Source of the DNA: Podospora anserina
Taxonomy: Eukaryota
Length of the DNA: 64,000 nucleotides
Direction: 5' to 3'
Assembly (NCBI GenBank): GCA_017654855.1
Contig: CM030336.1
Coordinates: 2,356,001 to 2,420,000, forward strand
Position 1 is the stretch's first letter. Every line of letters starts with the position of its first letter. Below the pieces are notes generated by a model. It saw nothing but the letters and a program-made list of their open reading frames with translations. It was not told the DNA's origin and did no database searches. Of this stretch, positions 1 to 11,090 are shown in pieces. The position numbers and the translations under genes are program-made.

Positions 1-957
1 CATCGTCCCATTTTCCCTGTCTCGTTGGTTGACCGTGCCTGTCGTCCACTCCTCCTCAAACCTAAAAGTGCGACGGCCGAATTTGTTGCGCCACATCTGT
101 TCCGCAGTAAAGGCTTGCCACAGGTACGCAGCCATGCGGAGCTTGCGGACCGCCGTGTCGAGGCCATTACCCTCCCTCTCGATCCTGGCCGGGACTGCAT
201 CGAACGTGCCTGGTGAATCCTTTGCCAACAGTATGGCAAGCTGCAGTGGTGGTGCAGCAACCGGAGGAATCATATGAACCGTCAGGTAGGAAGCGTGAAT
301 AGGGTTGGAAGATCCACTGTTGGCAAGCTTGGGGCTAGAGAAGTCAAAGCGCAGGCGATTGGCGCCGGGCATCATGTAAACAAGTGCCTTGAAGTGGGAG
401 TTGCATACTGGCCACGAGACTGGAGGGAAGTTGTCGTCCAAGCGGCTCACAGTGACTGTCCCGTCAACCGACTGTTGAGAGGGGTCGCCAACTGTACCAT
501 AGACCAACAAAATCTTTTGATATGCCTAGTTCTATGTTAGTCTAGCTGTGCCGGACTGGGTTTCTCACATATGAACACCTACCCAGGAATTGTCTGGCAC
601 ATTTGTGATCCGGGGCGAGTACTGGGACACCGGCAAACTTGGGCCCTTCCCGCCGTTTGAAACAGGTGACCCAAGACCTGCCATGCCTGATACGCTGTAT
701 CGGTTGCTGCCACCGTTGGGGTATGGCTGGGCTGATGGGCGTGAGAGACCGGCAGAGGACGGGGAGAGGAATTTGTCTGCCAATTGCAGATTCAAAGCGG
801 GATCGGATTGCTGGCCGATCGATGGCGGCGTCGAGGACCCAGAAGTAGGAGTAGTACCGTTACTGGCGTCGCTAGACGTATCGGTCGATCGTTCGGTCCG
901 GAAGCTTTGCCTGGACCGCCTCCGCAGTTCCTTAAAGTTGAAGAGGGACGGAGCCAT
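1..957 (-). CDS. Putative zinc metallopeptidase, YIL108W/Metallopep family (5' part; runs off the window)
   Basis: ATG at 957. GT-AG intron 582-526 with CTAAC branch site. Exon 2 is open to position 1 and reads AYQKILLVYGTVGDP...WPVCNSHFKALVYMMPGANRLRF...PPLQLAILLAKDSPGTFD...AVRKLRMAAYLWQAFTAEQMWRNKFGRRTFRFEEEW, typical of this fungal family. Confidence 0.8.
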
Positions 958-3349
958 GGCTGGAGCGAGGGATGCTAAGATGGGTAGTCTCCAAATTTCG
1001 ATTCCAATTCCAGTTCTCCAACTCCAATTCCAACTACCAAGGGTCGAAGAAGCAAACGAATGTGATGCCGCAGCTCAAAAAAAAAAAAAATACCAATTGA
1101 AAATTGGAGAGAGGGAGATCTCGCACAGCTGCCCCGGGTCTCGCTCTGGTATACGAGAAAATCGAAAAAGAACGGGCTGCCAACGGTCAATGGATGGATC
1201 GTGGCGCAGATAGCGTGAGGGATGGGAGGAAGGTGGTGTAGGTGGGGGGTGGGGGGAAAGTTAGGTATTAAAGATGCGCCTGTGGTCGTCAGACGGTGCA
1301 CTGTGCCTGCCCCCTAAATGGAAGATGGTGTAGGTAGGACGGGAAGCGGCCGTCAAGTGGCACAACAACAGCTCTCGGAACGGTTCTGGTGTACGATCTT
1401 CCTTTTCGCAATCTGATCTGTGTCGCGCACGCAGCGAAGATATCAGCGGCAGTTGAGGTGACAGCTGCTGGGTAGGTATTAGGGAATAGTGTAGTGTGTA
1501 GTAGGTAAAGCTTGGAATGTGTCAATGACGTAAGGTAGGTCTGCGATTGGTCGACGTCTGGGTGATTGGGCCAGCGATGCAACGAGACGACGGGACCGGA
1601 TCCTGTCGACTGCTGTATCCGGAACAAGGCAGCTTTGCAACCACGAATTTGGGTCGGCGAGAAGCGATAGGATGGGAGAGCAGGAGGACGGATAAGACGG
1701 GGCAGGCGCTGTAAGAGCTGGTGAGAATCGGACAGCTCGTCCGAAATCAACAACCCGGCAGGAAACCGCCAGGGGCAGCAAGGGGGCTGAAAGGATGGCC
1801 ACAATCCATCTGATTGCGTGAGCTTTTTGACCTCAATATCTCTTGGCGAGAAGCTGAAAGTGGAATTGATATGGGAAGTGGGCACTCTTGTTGACGACGC
1901 TTTCCACACTCCAAGACATCCAAGAGGATCCTGCCTCCACTCTTCTGAAGACCTCTTGGGTGCCATTCGAGATCGAAGCCAACCTGACAAGTTGGAAGAA
2001 GACCCATCGCAAAACAGGGAACGTCTCCCCACTCAAGATATCTCTCAACTCTGGCTCCCGTTGTCTGGCCGAAGCAGGGCCGCTGACAGGCCTGACAGCT
2101 CTTCGGTCAGTCGCCGAGACATGGTCCGGTAGGGAGAGGCAATGAGGCTCAAAGCGGCGGCGTGTTATGTATAAAAGAGTAAGATCATAAGATGCAGTTC
2201 GATTGTTGTTGAGCGAGCATTGATCCACACATGGACATGGTGGAGAGCTTCCGACTTCAGCTCGCATGCACTTCATGCAAGTACTTAGGGCTGTTTTTGT
2301 TTGCTACCGCCAGTCTACTATGATCGGATACTTGTTCCGGTGCTTTGTTCCGTGGGCTGAGGGCTGCAAAGGCACCGTCTTTGCTGCTCCGGTGATGCAA
2401 CGGCGCACTAACCGGTTCCTCCATGAAACTTTTCTTTCTCTTCCAAACGTTCTCTCGCGACGAACCGACCCCTCGCTAAAAGAATTAAAGAAGTGTCAAA
2501 AAGCACACGACGGATATTTTCAGCCTGCCGTACCTGGGCCTAGCTGCCCATGGAACGTGGTTGGCTGTGGAGTCCCAACCGCCCCCTGATGCAAAAAGAG
2601 CCAAGACGCTGTCACCATATCGCAAACACTTATTATGATGTCGTAGCCCCGGACACCAGGTCGGCATCTTATGAATACCTTACATATAAGGAGCACAGGG
2701 CGACAAGGTCAGAGAATGGATAGGCTGATGGCGGCGGCTCCCGGGGTTTTGGGACACCATGTTGTGCATCCAATTGCGACATCCTTCTAGTAGACTTCGT
2801 CGATGATCTATCTGGATGATTAAAATTCGACTTCCAGATGCAGAACAAAAGGCTTCTTTTGGCGGGGATGAGGTGCAGGTGCCTGGCAAGGCACGAGGGG
2901 GTAGCCAGTGGTAACCGAACAAATTGGCGGGCCATAGCACCCCCTGGACCGCCCTGTGCCGCAGACACAGGAGGGCCAGTGCTCAGCTAATCTACCGGTT
3001 TCCACAGGAATGTGAATTTGCTGCTCCAACCTCTTTGACAAGTATCAACACTGCTATTAGTATCTGTTCCCTTTCTTCACTCAGATATCTCTCGATCCGC
3101 AGGCTGTCTTGTTACAGTCCTGCCCTTGTCATTTCTGCCATCTTGTACCTCCTCGACAGCGCACCAGGTACACACAGGCGTTTCATCCAGAATCTTGCTT
3201 GGTTGTCCCTTCTTCCTGTTCAACGGCAGCGCTTAGGCGCCTTGCGGTCTCAGGGGACCCCGTCCAGCCGAACCAGGCAGACCTCAAATCTCTGACCTTC
3301 CGCCAGTCCCACCCTCGACCACCAGATCTGTACCGAACTGCCTGCGTGC

Positions 3350-4506
3350 ATGCAACCCGGCAACATGATGTCGTCGCCGTTGAAGATACATCCCGAGGAG
3401 GTTGCGGGCAAGGTGCTCAAGAGGGCTGAAATCAGCAAGGTATGTTCTAAGTACCCGGAAAGCGGCCTCCCTCCCTAGGTAGCTGACGGTGAGAAACTCA
3501 GATGGCCAGGAGACTGCAGAACCGCCTCGCTCTTGCCCAATTCAAAACGAAGCATGGGCTCGAAGACCTGACCCTCGATAAGATCGAGCCCAGGTTCGAG
3601 GACAGGATACGACGCAACCGCTATCCCGACGGTGACATCTTGTCCGACTCCTCTTCAAGCGCATCCGACCTCCCGTACCCCTCGAGAACATTGATGAGCT
3701 CCCCGCTCAAGGCGCCCATCTTTTCCGATGCTATCATGTCCAGCAATGGCAGCACCGGTCACCGAAAGCGCACATATGTCCCATCTTTTGATCACACCAT
3801 GTCGAGTCCAAGCAAACGCTTTCGCCAATCCCCCACCGCCCACAGATCCTTCAGCCACCCCCTGTGGAAAGACTCTGAACACCAGCTCACTCAGTCATCA
3901 CCCATGAAACCGAAGCGACAGCAACACTTCACCACCTCGGCCGGTCCCGATCTGTCGTTTTATGCAGGCTCCAAACAAATCAGCGACGTTTACGTTTCTA
4001 CAAACTATGCCGCCAATTCCGATGACGATGATGACCTCCCCATCCAATCCTTCCAGGCCAGAAACAGCATCCGCATATCACCACCCCGAACCCCACCAAT
4101 GCGCAGCCGCAGCCTCATGAAGAAGCCCAGAGACAGGCAATCAGCAGCGGACAATGACAACGCGGTGAACAACAAGATGGGCCAGGAAGGTGCCGACCTC
4201 TTGTTGTACCTCGCCGCCTCGCCCTCCCCGGCTCAACCCCGAACCAACAACCGGCTGATGGAGCCCCCCTCCACTCCACCACCAAAGAAGAACAACTTGG
4301 CGCTTCCATCCTCGATGATGACCACCCCGGGCGGAGGCAACCCCTTCCCCGCCACACCCGGCATGAACGCCTTCAACTTTGAAGACTTTGTGCACATGAC
4401 GCCGAGCCCGGCGCAAAAGCCGTGGAAGACTCCGCTCGGAATGGGCGGCAGGACGCCGGCGAGTGTGGCGAGGAGAAGGCTTACGTTTGATGATACGACT
4501 GCTTGA
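3350..4506 (+). CDS. Whi5/Nrm1/Stb1-like G1/S transcription regulator
   Basis: Exon 1 3350 (or 3365)-3439, intron 3440-3501 (GTATGT..CTGAC..CAG), exon 2 3502-4506. Has a GTB-like motif RLQNRLALAQFKTKHGLEDLTLD, a GADLLLYLAASPSP motif and many S/T-P CDK-type sites. Confidence 0.7.
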
Positions 4507-5002
4507 GACACATTTGGGCCTCTAATGCTGGTGTTTATGTCCTTTTTTTTTTTTTACTTGTTGGTTTTTTCTTGATACCCTACTTTGCATCGACAAATTT
4601 GACCTGAATTTTTATTTATAAACAAATCCCCCCTGTTTATCACCACCCGCCCCTCCCCCCCCCTTTTTTTTTTTGGCTTGTCGTTTTTGAGCAAAGCAAT
4701 GGAGTTTAGGGAGTTGGGATGCCTTTGCGTTTTCTGTTTTATTTTTATTTTTATATCATGTCATTACACTCTCAACCACCAAGAATAACAAACGCAAACA
4801 AATCTTGATCGGCAAAGTTTTTAATTATTACCCTTCGACCTCCACGCACTTTTACACACAAGTTTCTGCTTTTCTTTTGCTGCGCTGGGTTTTTTTCTTT
4901 TTCCTTTTTTTTTGGGAAATGATGGGATGGATGTATGGATGGGACAGAGGATTGATTCAAGGAGACTGGGAAAGAGAAATGATGGGTTTTTGGTGCATGA
5001 AT

Positions 5003-5092
5003 GGCTGGTTGGCTTGGTTGGCTTGGTTGGTTGGCTTGGTTGGTTGGCTTGGTTGGTTGGCTTGGTTGGTTGGCTTGGTTGGTTGGCTTGGC
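5003..5092 (+). repeat. Tandem (GGCTTGGTTGGTT)n minisatellite
   Basis: About five 13-nt units plus shorter GGCTTGGTT units, read directly. Confidence 0.9.
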
Positions 5093-5784
5093 GAATGTTT
5101 TGTTGTATGTAGGGGAGTTGTAGCGGTGTGAATTTTGGGTTTGGAGCTAGGCTGGCTAGTGGTACTGTGCACGCGTTGTCTGTGTGTATGTGCGTGAATG
5201 TTGTTTGTATGTACAAATGTGTGTGCTCACATAGGCGGGAATCGAATTGAACTTGAAAGAGCATCTCTGAGTTTGATTTGCACCATTAGCGATGAACCAG
5301 TGAACGAAGAAAAAAGACGCGTTCACAGGATCGCTTTTTTTTTTTCTTTCAGCTTCCTGCGCGTGTTTGACTCGCGTTTTCACGCGGCATTTTCGCACCC
5401 ATGAGACCCCTGCAGCGTGAACTTTCGTGTCTTGGATGTGCAAGAGGTGGGGTGGGTCGTGACGAGGGGTTAAAGTGCTTTTGGACCAACCGTCTTACAC
5501 CTTTGCACACCCTCTTCTTCCAGAGGTGCATAATGTTTGGAATGGACAGGAACAAGGACAGCCAGTGACAATCAACTACCATCCTATTTTTATATACCCC
5601 ATAACTTTTGATTCCCAGTCATGAACAGTAAAAAGCTTGAATCATAAGGGTATCCATCTATCCTAGGAGGAGTAGGCTGTGTGGCACGCTGTATCCCACC
5701 CACTTGACGATGACACCAAACACCGGTTGGCTATGCACACCTGTCAACGATGTTGACCCAATGAACTTGGCATATTCCTGCAGC

Positions 5785-8097
5785 TTAATCGCTGTCCTCA
5801 TCATCCTCATCCTCATCATCCTCATCCTCATCATCCTCATCCTCATCACTATCCTCCTCATCCGCCTCCTCCAGCCAATCCACCAAAACCTTGCACCTCT
5901 CCTTGACAGTGGTCATCGTGTCACCCTCGGCAGCTCTCCTATCAGCCCACCAAGCGAGAATACCATCCTCCTCAAGCACATCCAAGGTGTAAAGCTGCTG
6001 AAGCAAAGCAGCAAGGAGTGTCCCAGCTCTACTAGGCTCAAGTCCCCTAACGCTCACCAGCCCCTTTTGCAGCGCAAGCGCAAACTCGGTTTGCTGCTTG
6101 ACATCGTCACCACCAACACCGACATCCTTGATGAACTTAACGGCCCCGTTCTTGTCTTTGAGAACTCTCTCGGCAGCCTTGGCTGGTTCCAGACCACCAT
6201 GCTCTGGGGTCAACATCTCGGCCGCACGCTTAGTAAACGCAACGGCAATAGCGCGGCGCATGGAGCTGTCTGAAGCGTTGTTAGCCAACCTAAGACCCAT
6301 GAACTCCAGCTTGGCCGAGTCAAAGTCTGCATTGTCATCCCCCCGAAGAGCGTCCACCAAGCCATTGACTGCATCACCGTGGAAGGCGTCAGGTTTGGAG
6401 GCATCGTCAGAGGTAAATGATGACAGGCGCTCCCTCTGCCCATCACCAGCATGCAAGTATCCAGCATGCTCGTCATCCTCATCTGAGTCATAGTCGTCCT
6501 CTGATGCGAGCGTAGAGACAGATAATGTGGAGATGTTGAGGCCCTCGAGTGAGTAGATGAGGTTGTTTTGTAGCTGGGCTGGGTCTCCATCACCCTCATC
6601 ATCAGAATCCGAATCTGAGTCGTCTGCCGTGACGCTGTAGACGGCACCCTTTCCACCCGGCCCCACAAGAGAAGCGTCGTTCTCAACGGGCTGACCGTTA
6701 TCCGTCTTGGCGGAAATCCGCGCTGGTGGCTTTGTTGGCAGCCTGACATCTCTATCGATCTCCACATTATAGGAAATCAGGGACCCCTCTGGGATTTGCG
6801 CATTCGCCCCAATCTTGACACCACCTGCCAATATCGAGTGCGTAATGACGGCACCATCCTCAATGATGGAATCATCAAAGATGTAGCTGTCCTTGATCTT
6901 GACATTCTTGCCAACCTGACACCTCCTCCCAACAACGCTGCCCGAGATAACGCTCCCAGCCTTGATGGATGTGTCCTTACCAATGGCCGACTGTAACACC
7001 TTGCTCCCTCTTTCTACCAATACGCCCGACTCGACGAAAGAGTTGTTCTTGACCTTCTGGTATGATTGGTCGTGCATGAGGTTGCTGTCTGGCGCAAAGG
7101 GGAGCACCCATCGCTCGAGAATATCCTTGCTGATGCAATCGTACATCTGCAGGTTGCTGGCGCGGGCCGCGTACCCGTCCTCGAAGATCTCAGTGTAGAT
7201 CAACTTGCCGTTTAGTTCCCAATCCTTCAGCACACCATGCAAAAAGTTTTTCCTCGGCAGCTCATAATCGAAACTCTCAGACCACAAGGCCAAGACATCG
7301 GGTGTGCAAATATCGATACCGCAGTCGATAAGGTCGCTTCGTAATTCGAAAGATCCGTGCTTGAATACTGAAGGGTCCAAAAGTAGTCGTCGGTCCTTCA
7401 TTAATGGGTGGATCTCATCGTACTGCAAGCACCTGCCGTCTGTGTCATCGATAACAAAGACAGGCGTGATACCTCGAGCTTTGGCGGCTCTGTGAGGTTC
7501 CTCTCCAACGGAGCGCAAAACAACTGTCATGCAGGCATCGCGGTTCGCTTCCCTTCTCGCTCTGTGCTTGGCCAGGATGCCATCTAGCTGGATGTTGGCG
7601 ACCAGGTCACCATGGACGAGAATGAAGTCGCCCGAGATCAAACTGCGCTTGTCCAGGTCGCGAAGAAAGTCGCCGACTGAGGTGGCGTCGGATACTCGGA
7701 TGAACTCGAGGGAGGAGAAGGGGGAGATGGCGCTGTTGGGGCTCCATCGTGTGGACTCGTGGATGTATTGCTCGATGTCTTCGGAGTGTGTGCCGCAGTA
7801 TATAAAGACCTCCTGTACGCCGTTCGAGGCAAGGAATTCGAGGGTATACTCGATGACTGGGATGTTGACCAAGGGGAGAAGACACTATGGATGGGATCAG
7901 TCATTGAGAGTTCAATATGGTCGATTTGTAGCTGGGGGGCATACCCTAGGCTTATCCAGAGTGAATGGTCTGAATCTGTCTTGGAAGTAATCGGCAATGA
8001 TCACAGCCTGGAGTGCATCCTCTCTCTTGTCATCGCCGCCAGCCTTGGCAGGCTTCTTGCCCTTGCCGGCGGCACCCTTACCACCTTGTTTGGACAT
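5785..8097 (-). CDS. GCD6: Translation initiation factor eIF2B epsilon subunit
   Basis: Exon 1 8097-7945 (LQAVIIADYFQDRFRPFTLDKPR), intron 7944-7885, exon 2 from CLLPLVNIPVIEYTLEFL. NTP-transferase-like domain, hexapeptide repeats, W2 domain and acidic tail. Confidence 0.95.
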
Positions 8098-8241
8098 GTA
8101 GATTTTGGTTATCTTTCTGGTCAGTGATTGTGGTGGGTGCGATTGCCAGGGGTAGCTCAGGTTGTGGATGGTAGCGCCTCGGTTTGGGCAACGCAATGAC
8201 GGAAACGGCCAGAGAATGAAATAGCTGTGCAAACTGACGTG

Positions 8242-8248
8242 TGAGTCA
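8242..8248. promoter_or_regulatory. Candidate Gcn4/CPC-1 element (TGAGTCA)
   Basis: Perfect consensus about 145 nt upstream of the GCD6 ATG. Confidence 0.45.
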
Positions 8249-11090
8249 ATCAATGCCCCCCAATTCTCGAAACTTTAGAAGGTGGGACGCCTCATGTGGG
8301 GCGCGGGGTAAATGTGGCTTGCAAGGCTGAGGGACGAGGCTCCGCCTTGGAAAGTAAACCGAAGTTGATATCAGATGGGAAGAGGCACATCAACCGTGAA
8401 TTTAATGATTTGGGTGCTGGAATAGATGTAATTTTTTTTATTCTACTTACAAGCTAATTCTTTTCAATTCATAATCACAAACGCTGCCGGCATCCGTCTA
8501 TCTCCTTCCAAAGAAGTCATTCAGCCTTTCTCACAAGTCCTGTTGGATTATCTCTGTCCAGATTCTCTACCATATCTCCACGATGATTCAGGCACCATCA
8601 GTTGAATCTATCATGAGCATGACTTTCTAGTTCTCTCCATCAGTTTTTGATCTCAGAGCACGAATACAACAGCTCCTCGCCAAGGCCGTGATTACACGGT
8701 GCACCGTGCTCTGCCGACACAGCATGACAGGGGTTGATATTGCGGCGCCAGGAATGGGCCGGGCTAGAACGTCTTGTGGAACAGAAAACCGGACCACATT
8801 TTCTTACGCTATCATCAAGTACCAAAGAACGAAATGTCCGTGAATTTGGTATTATTACACTTTGCTTTTAGCTGAAGCTTTGCTGCTGGCAATTTGGTTC
8901 AGTAGAGAATGTGAAAAGGTAATCTAGCATTCAAACCAGACTCCAAGGCTGTACGTGAGTGTGGCTGAAAACCTTCATACCACCAGATATCGTTGTCAAG
9001 GACGATGAAACCCTCAAGTTTGGGGGAAATGTTATTACAATACAGTGCAGTACTTACTCCTGGTAGACGGAGATGGGCCGAACAGAAGGGAGCACCCGCT
9101 GTTAGTTCCCGAGGAGTTTGAACGGTTGGGACCCGCCTGATCTCACGATCAGATATCCATGGAGGGATAAACGGATAGCGAACCTTCATGTGGGACAGGC
9201 GTTGATTTGCCATGAAGTCGGCCTTGATAAGATCTTACTTTGCTGTAAGGTGGGCTGATTGTGCGGTGGCTTGCCATACTTCAAGATGCACGCAGGCTGT
9301 CCAGTATTCCTCAGAAGCCCACAGGCTTCCCTCCTCCAGAAGCACATTTCACCATATCATTGAAGTCCTCTGATAACCCACACTCATAGTGATATCCTTC
9401 AGCGGCCTTCAAGACCTCCAGTTGGTGATCACAGCGGCGCATCAGTGCCGGTGTTACCGTTGCAACCCTTCTCGTGACGTCTGAAATACACTAAGAGAGT
9501 CTAGAACCCTAGCCCAAGCCGCCCAGCAAGGGCCAGAACTCTATGGATCGCGGAAGCAAAGCCCAAACTTACGTACCCAGCCGCCGTTATCAGGAAGTTC
9601 CAGTGTTTTTCCTCTGGACGCCCAGCACTGCCGCCATGCGCTACGGCTGTCCGGGGGCAGGGAACAAGGGGACAACAAGCACAGATGATAAACCTAAAAA
9701 CCTCAACCTCGAACCTATCCCGTCTGCTAAAAAGCCACGAAGGATCCTCCTGTCTCGGACAGGTGAACCCGTCAAGAAGCACACAGCCAACGGCCCGATT
9801 GTATCGTTGAGTTTCTCCCCTCTGCTTGGTTGCCCTGTTGCTGTTCCCTCACTTTTTTAGCCCTCCACCGCCTCATCGTACCATGTGTCCATCCATCACA
9901 CGAACAAGTGAGGAAGTAGATAGCGAGGTGGTCTTTATTGTCCTACCAAAACGCTTGGCCTGCCTTACCTCCGACTATCTGCAGGTGATGTTATTTATAA
10001 TAGGAAGCAGCAGCAGCGAAGGCAAAATGCGAGGCCGGCACGCGAGGAGACCACCACCACTACCTCCCCCCTCTCATGCAGGCAATGTCTCGCACCCGCG
10101 TGGGAAAGCAAACACCCTCCCTCCTCCTCCTTCTCCTCACCGCCCAGCCAGCAACAAAAGATTCCCATTCTCCGCTTCCTCACATTCCCATCCTTTTTCA
10201 TCAGCGGAAAGTTTTTGTTGCTCTGGCATCATCAGGCCCGTCGGCCCTTCCCTAGCGGCTGTCTCAGCCAGCCAGCCGCTTTCAAACTATCGATGGGAAA
10301 AATTACCGCCGACTACCAACAACCGGGAGAGAAAGAAAGCAACAAACCAACCAACTCACCTCACTCAGAGTGTAGTGTGTGTGTGCCGGCAATCACGGGC
10401 CTCCGAGTGGGAGATGGTCCAGACCATTCCATCGTAATGGCCTGTTTTGTTGTTCCGTCTCTTCCGCCCGCCGTTGGGGAACTTTCCGGCAGTAGGGGTA
10501 GGTAAAGTAAGGAAGGATCGACTTATATTATTGTGTTCTAGACTCCGCCCCCCCGTTACCTTTAACTACTACACTACCACCATGTTTCATCTTCTTAGCG
10601 TCCCCCCTCTTTGCTTTGTTTGTTTGCCATTTCTTGTTGGCGCTGATATAAACATAAATATTCCTCATTCTCACACTTTTCAAATCACACACACACACAC
10701 AAACCATTTCTCGCTTTCCAAACAAGCAGCTCGTTTCTCAGTTTTCTCTCATCCGAAACCTTTCTCTCTTTTTTGAATTATATTTTCGTTTCCTCCCCTA
10801 GCCCAAACCCTATGAGCTTGAATAGTTTCAAGAGAGACTTATATAACACCCCCAACAAACCAAACCACACATTGACCCCGTGGTTGACCACCCATATATC
10901 CAAAAAATAATCCGTTGCCTTGTATACAGAAAAGAAAACATTTAGCTGCCCCACCCCCCATCCTCCCCCAAAACCATTCTCTAGATAACCCTCACAGTAC
11001 ACACTCACATGCAGGCCACGACGGACCGAAAAGACACATCACGACAGCATCAAAACGCCGATAGACGAACCCCCCGAACCACCTTATCTT

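Noticed and set aside
1289..2276. Overlapping 100-250 aa ORFs in the divergent promoter region
   Set aside because: No motifs or codon bias, and they overlap on both strands; probably noise.
5003..5092. Repeat array considered as CRISPR-like or telomeric
   Set aside because: No spacers, eukaryotic context, and not TTAGGG.
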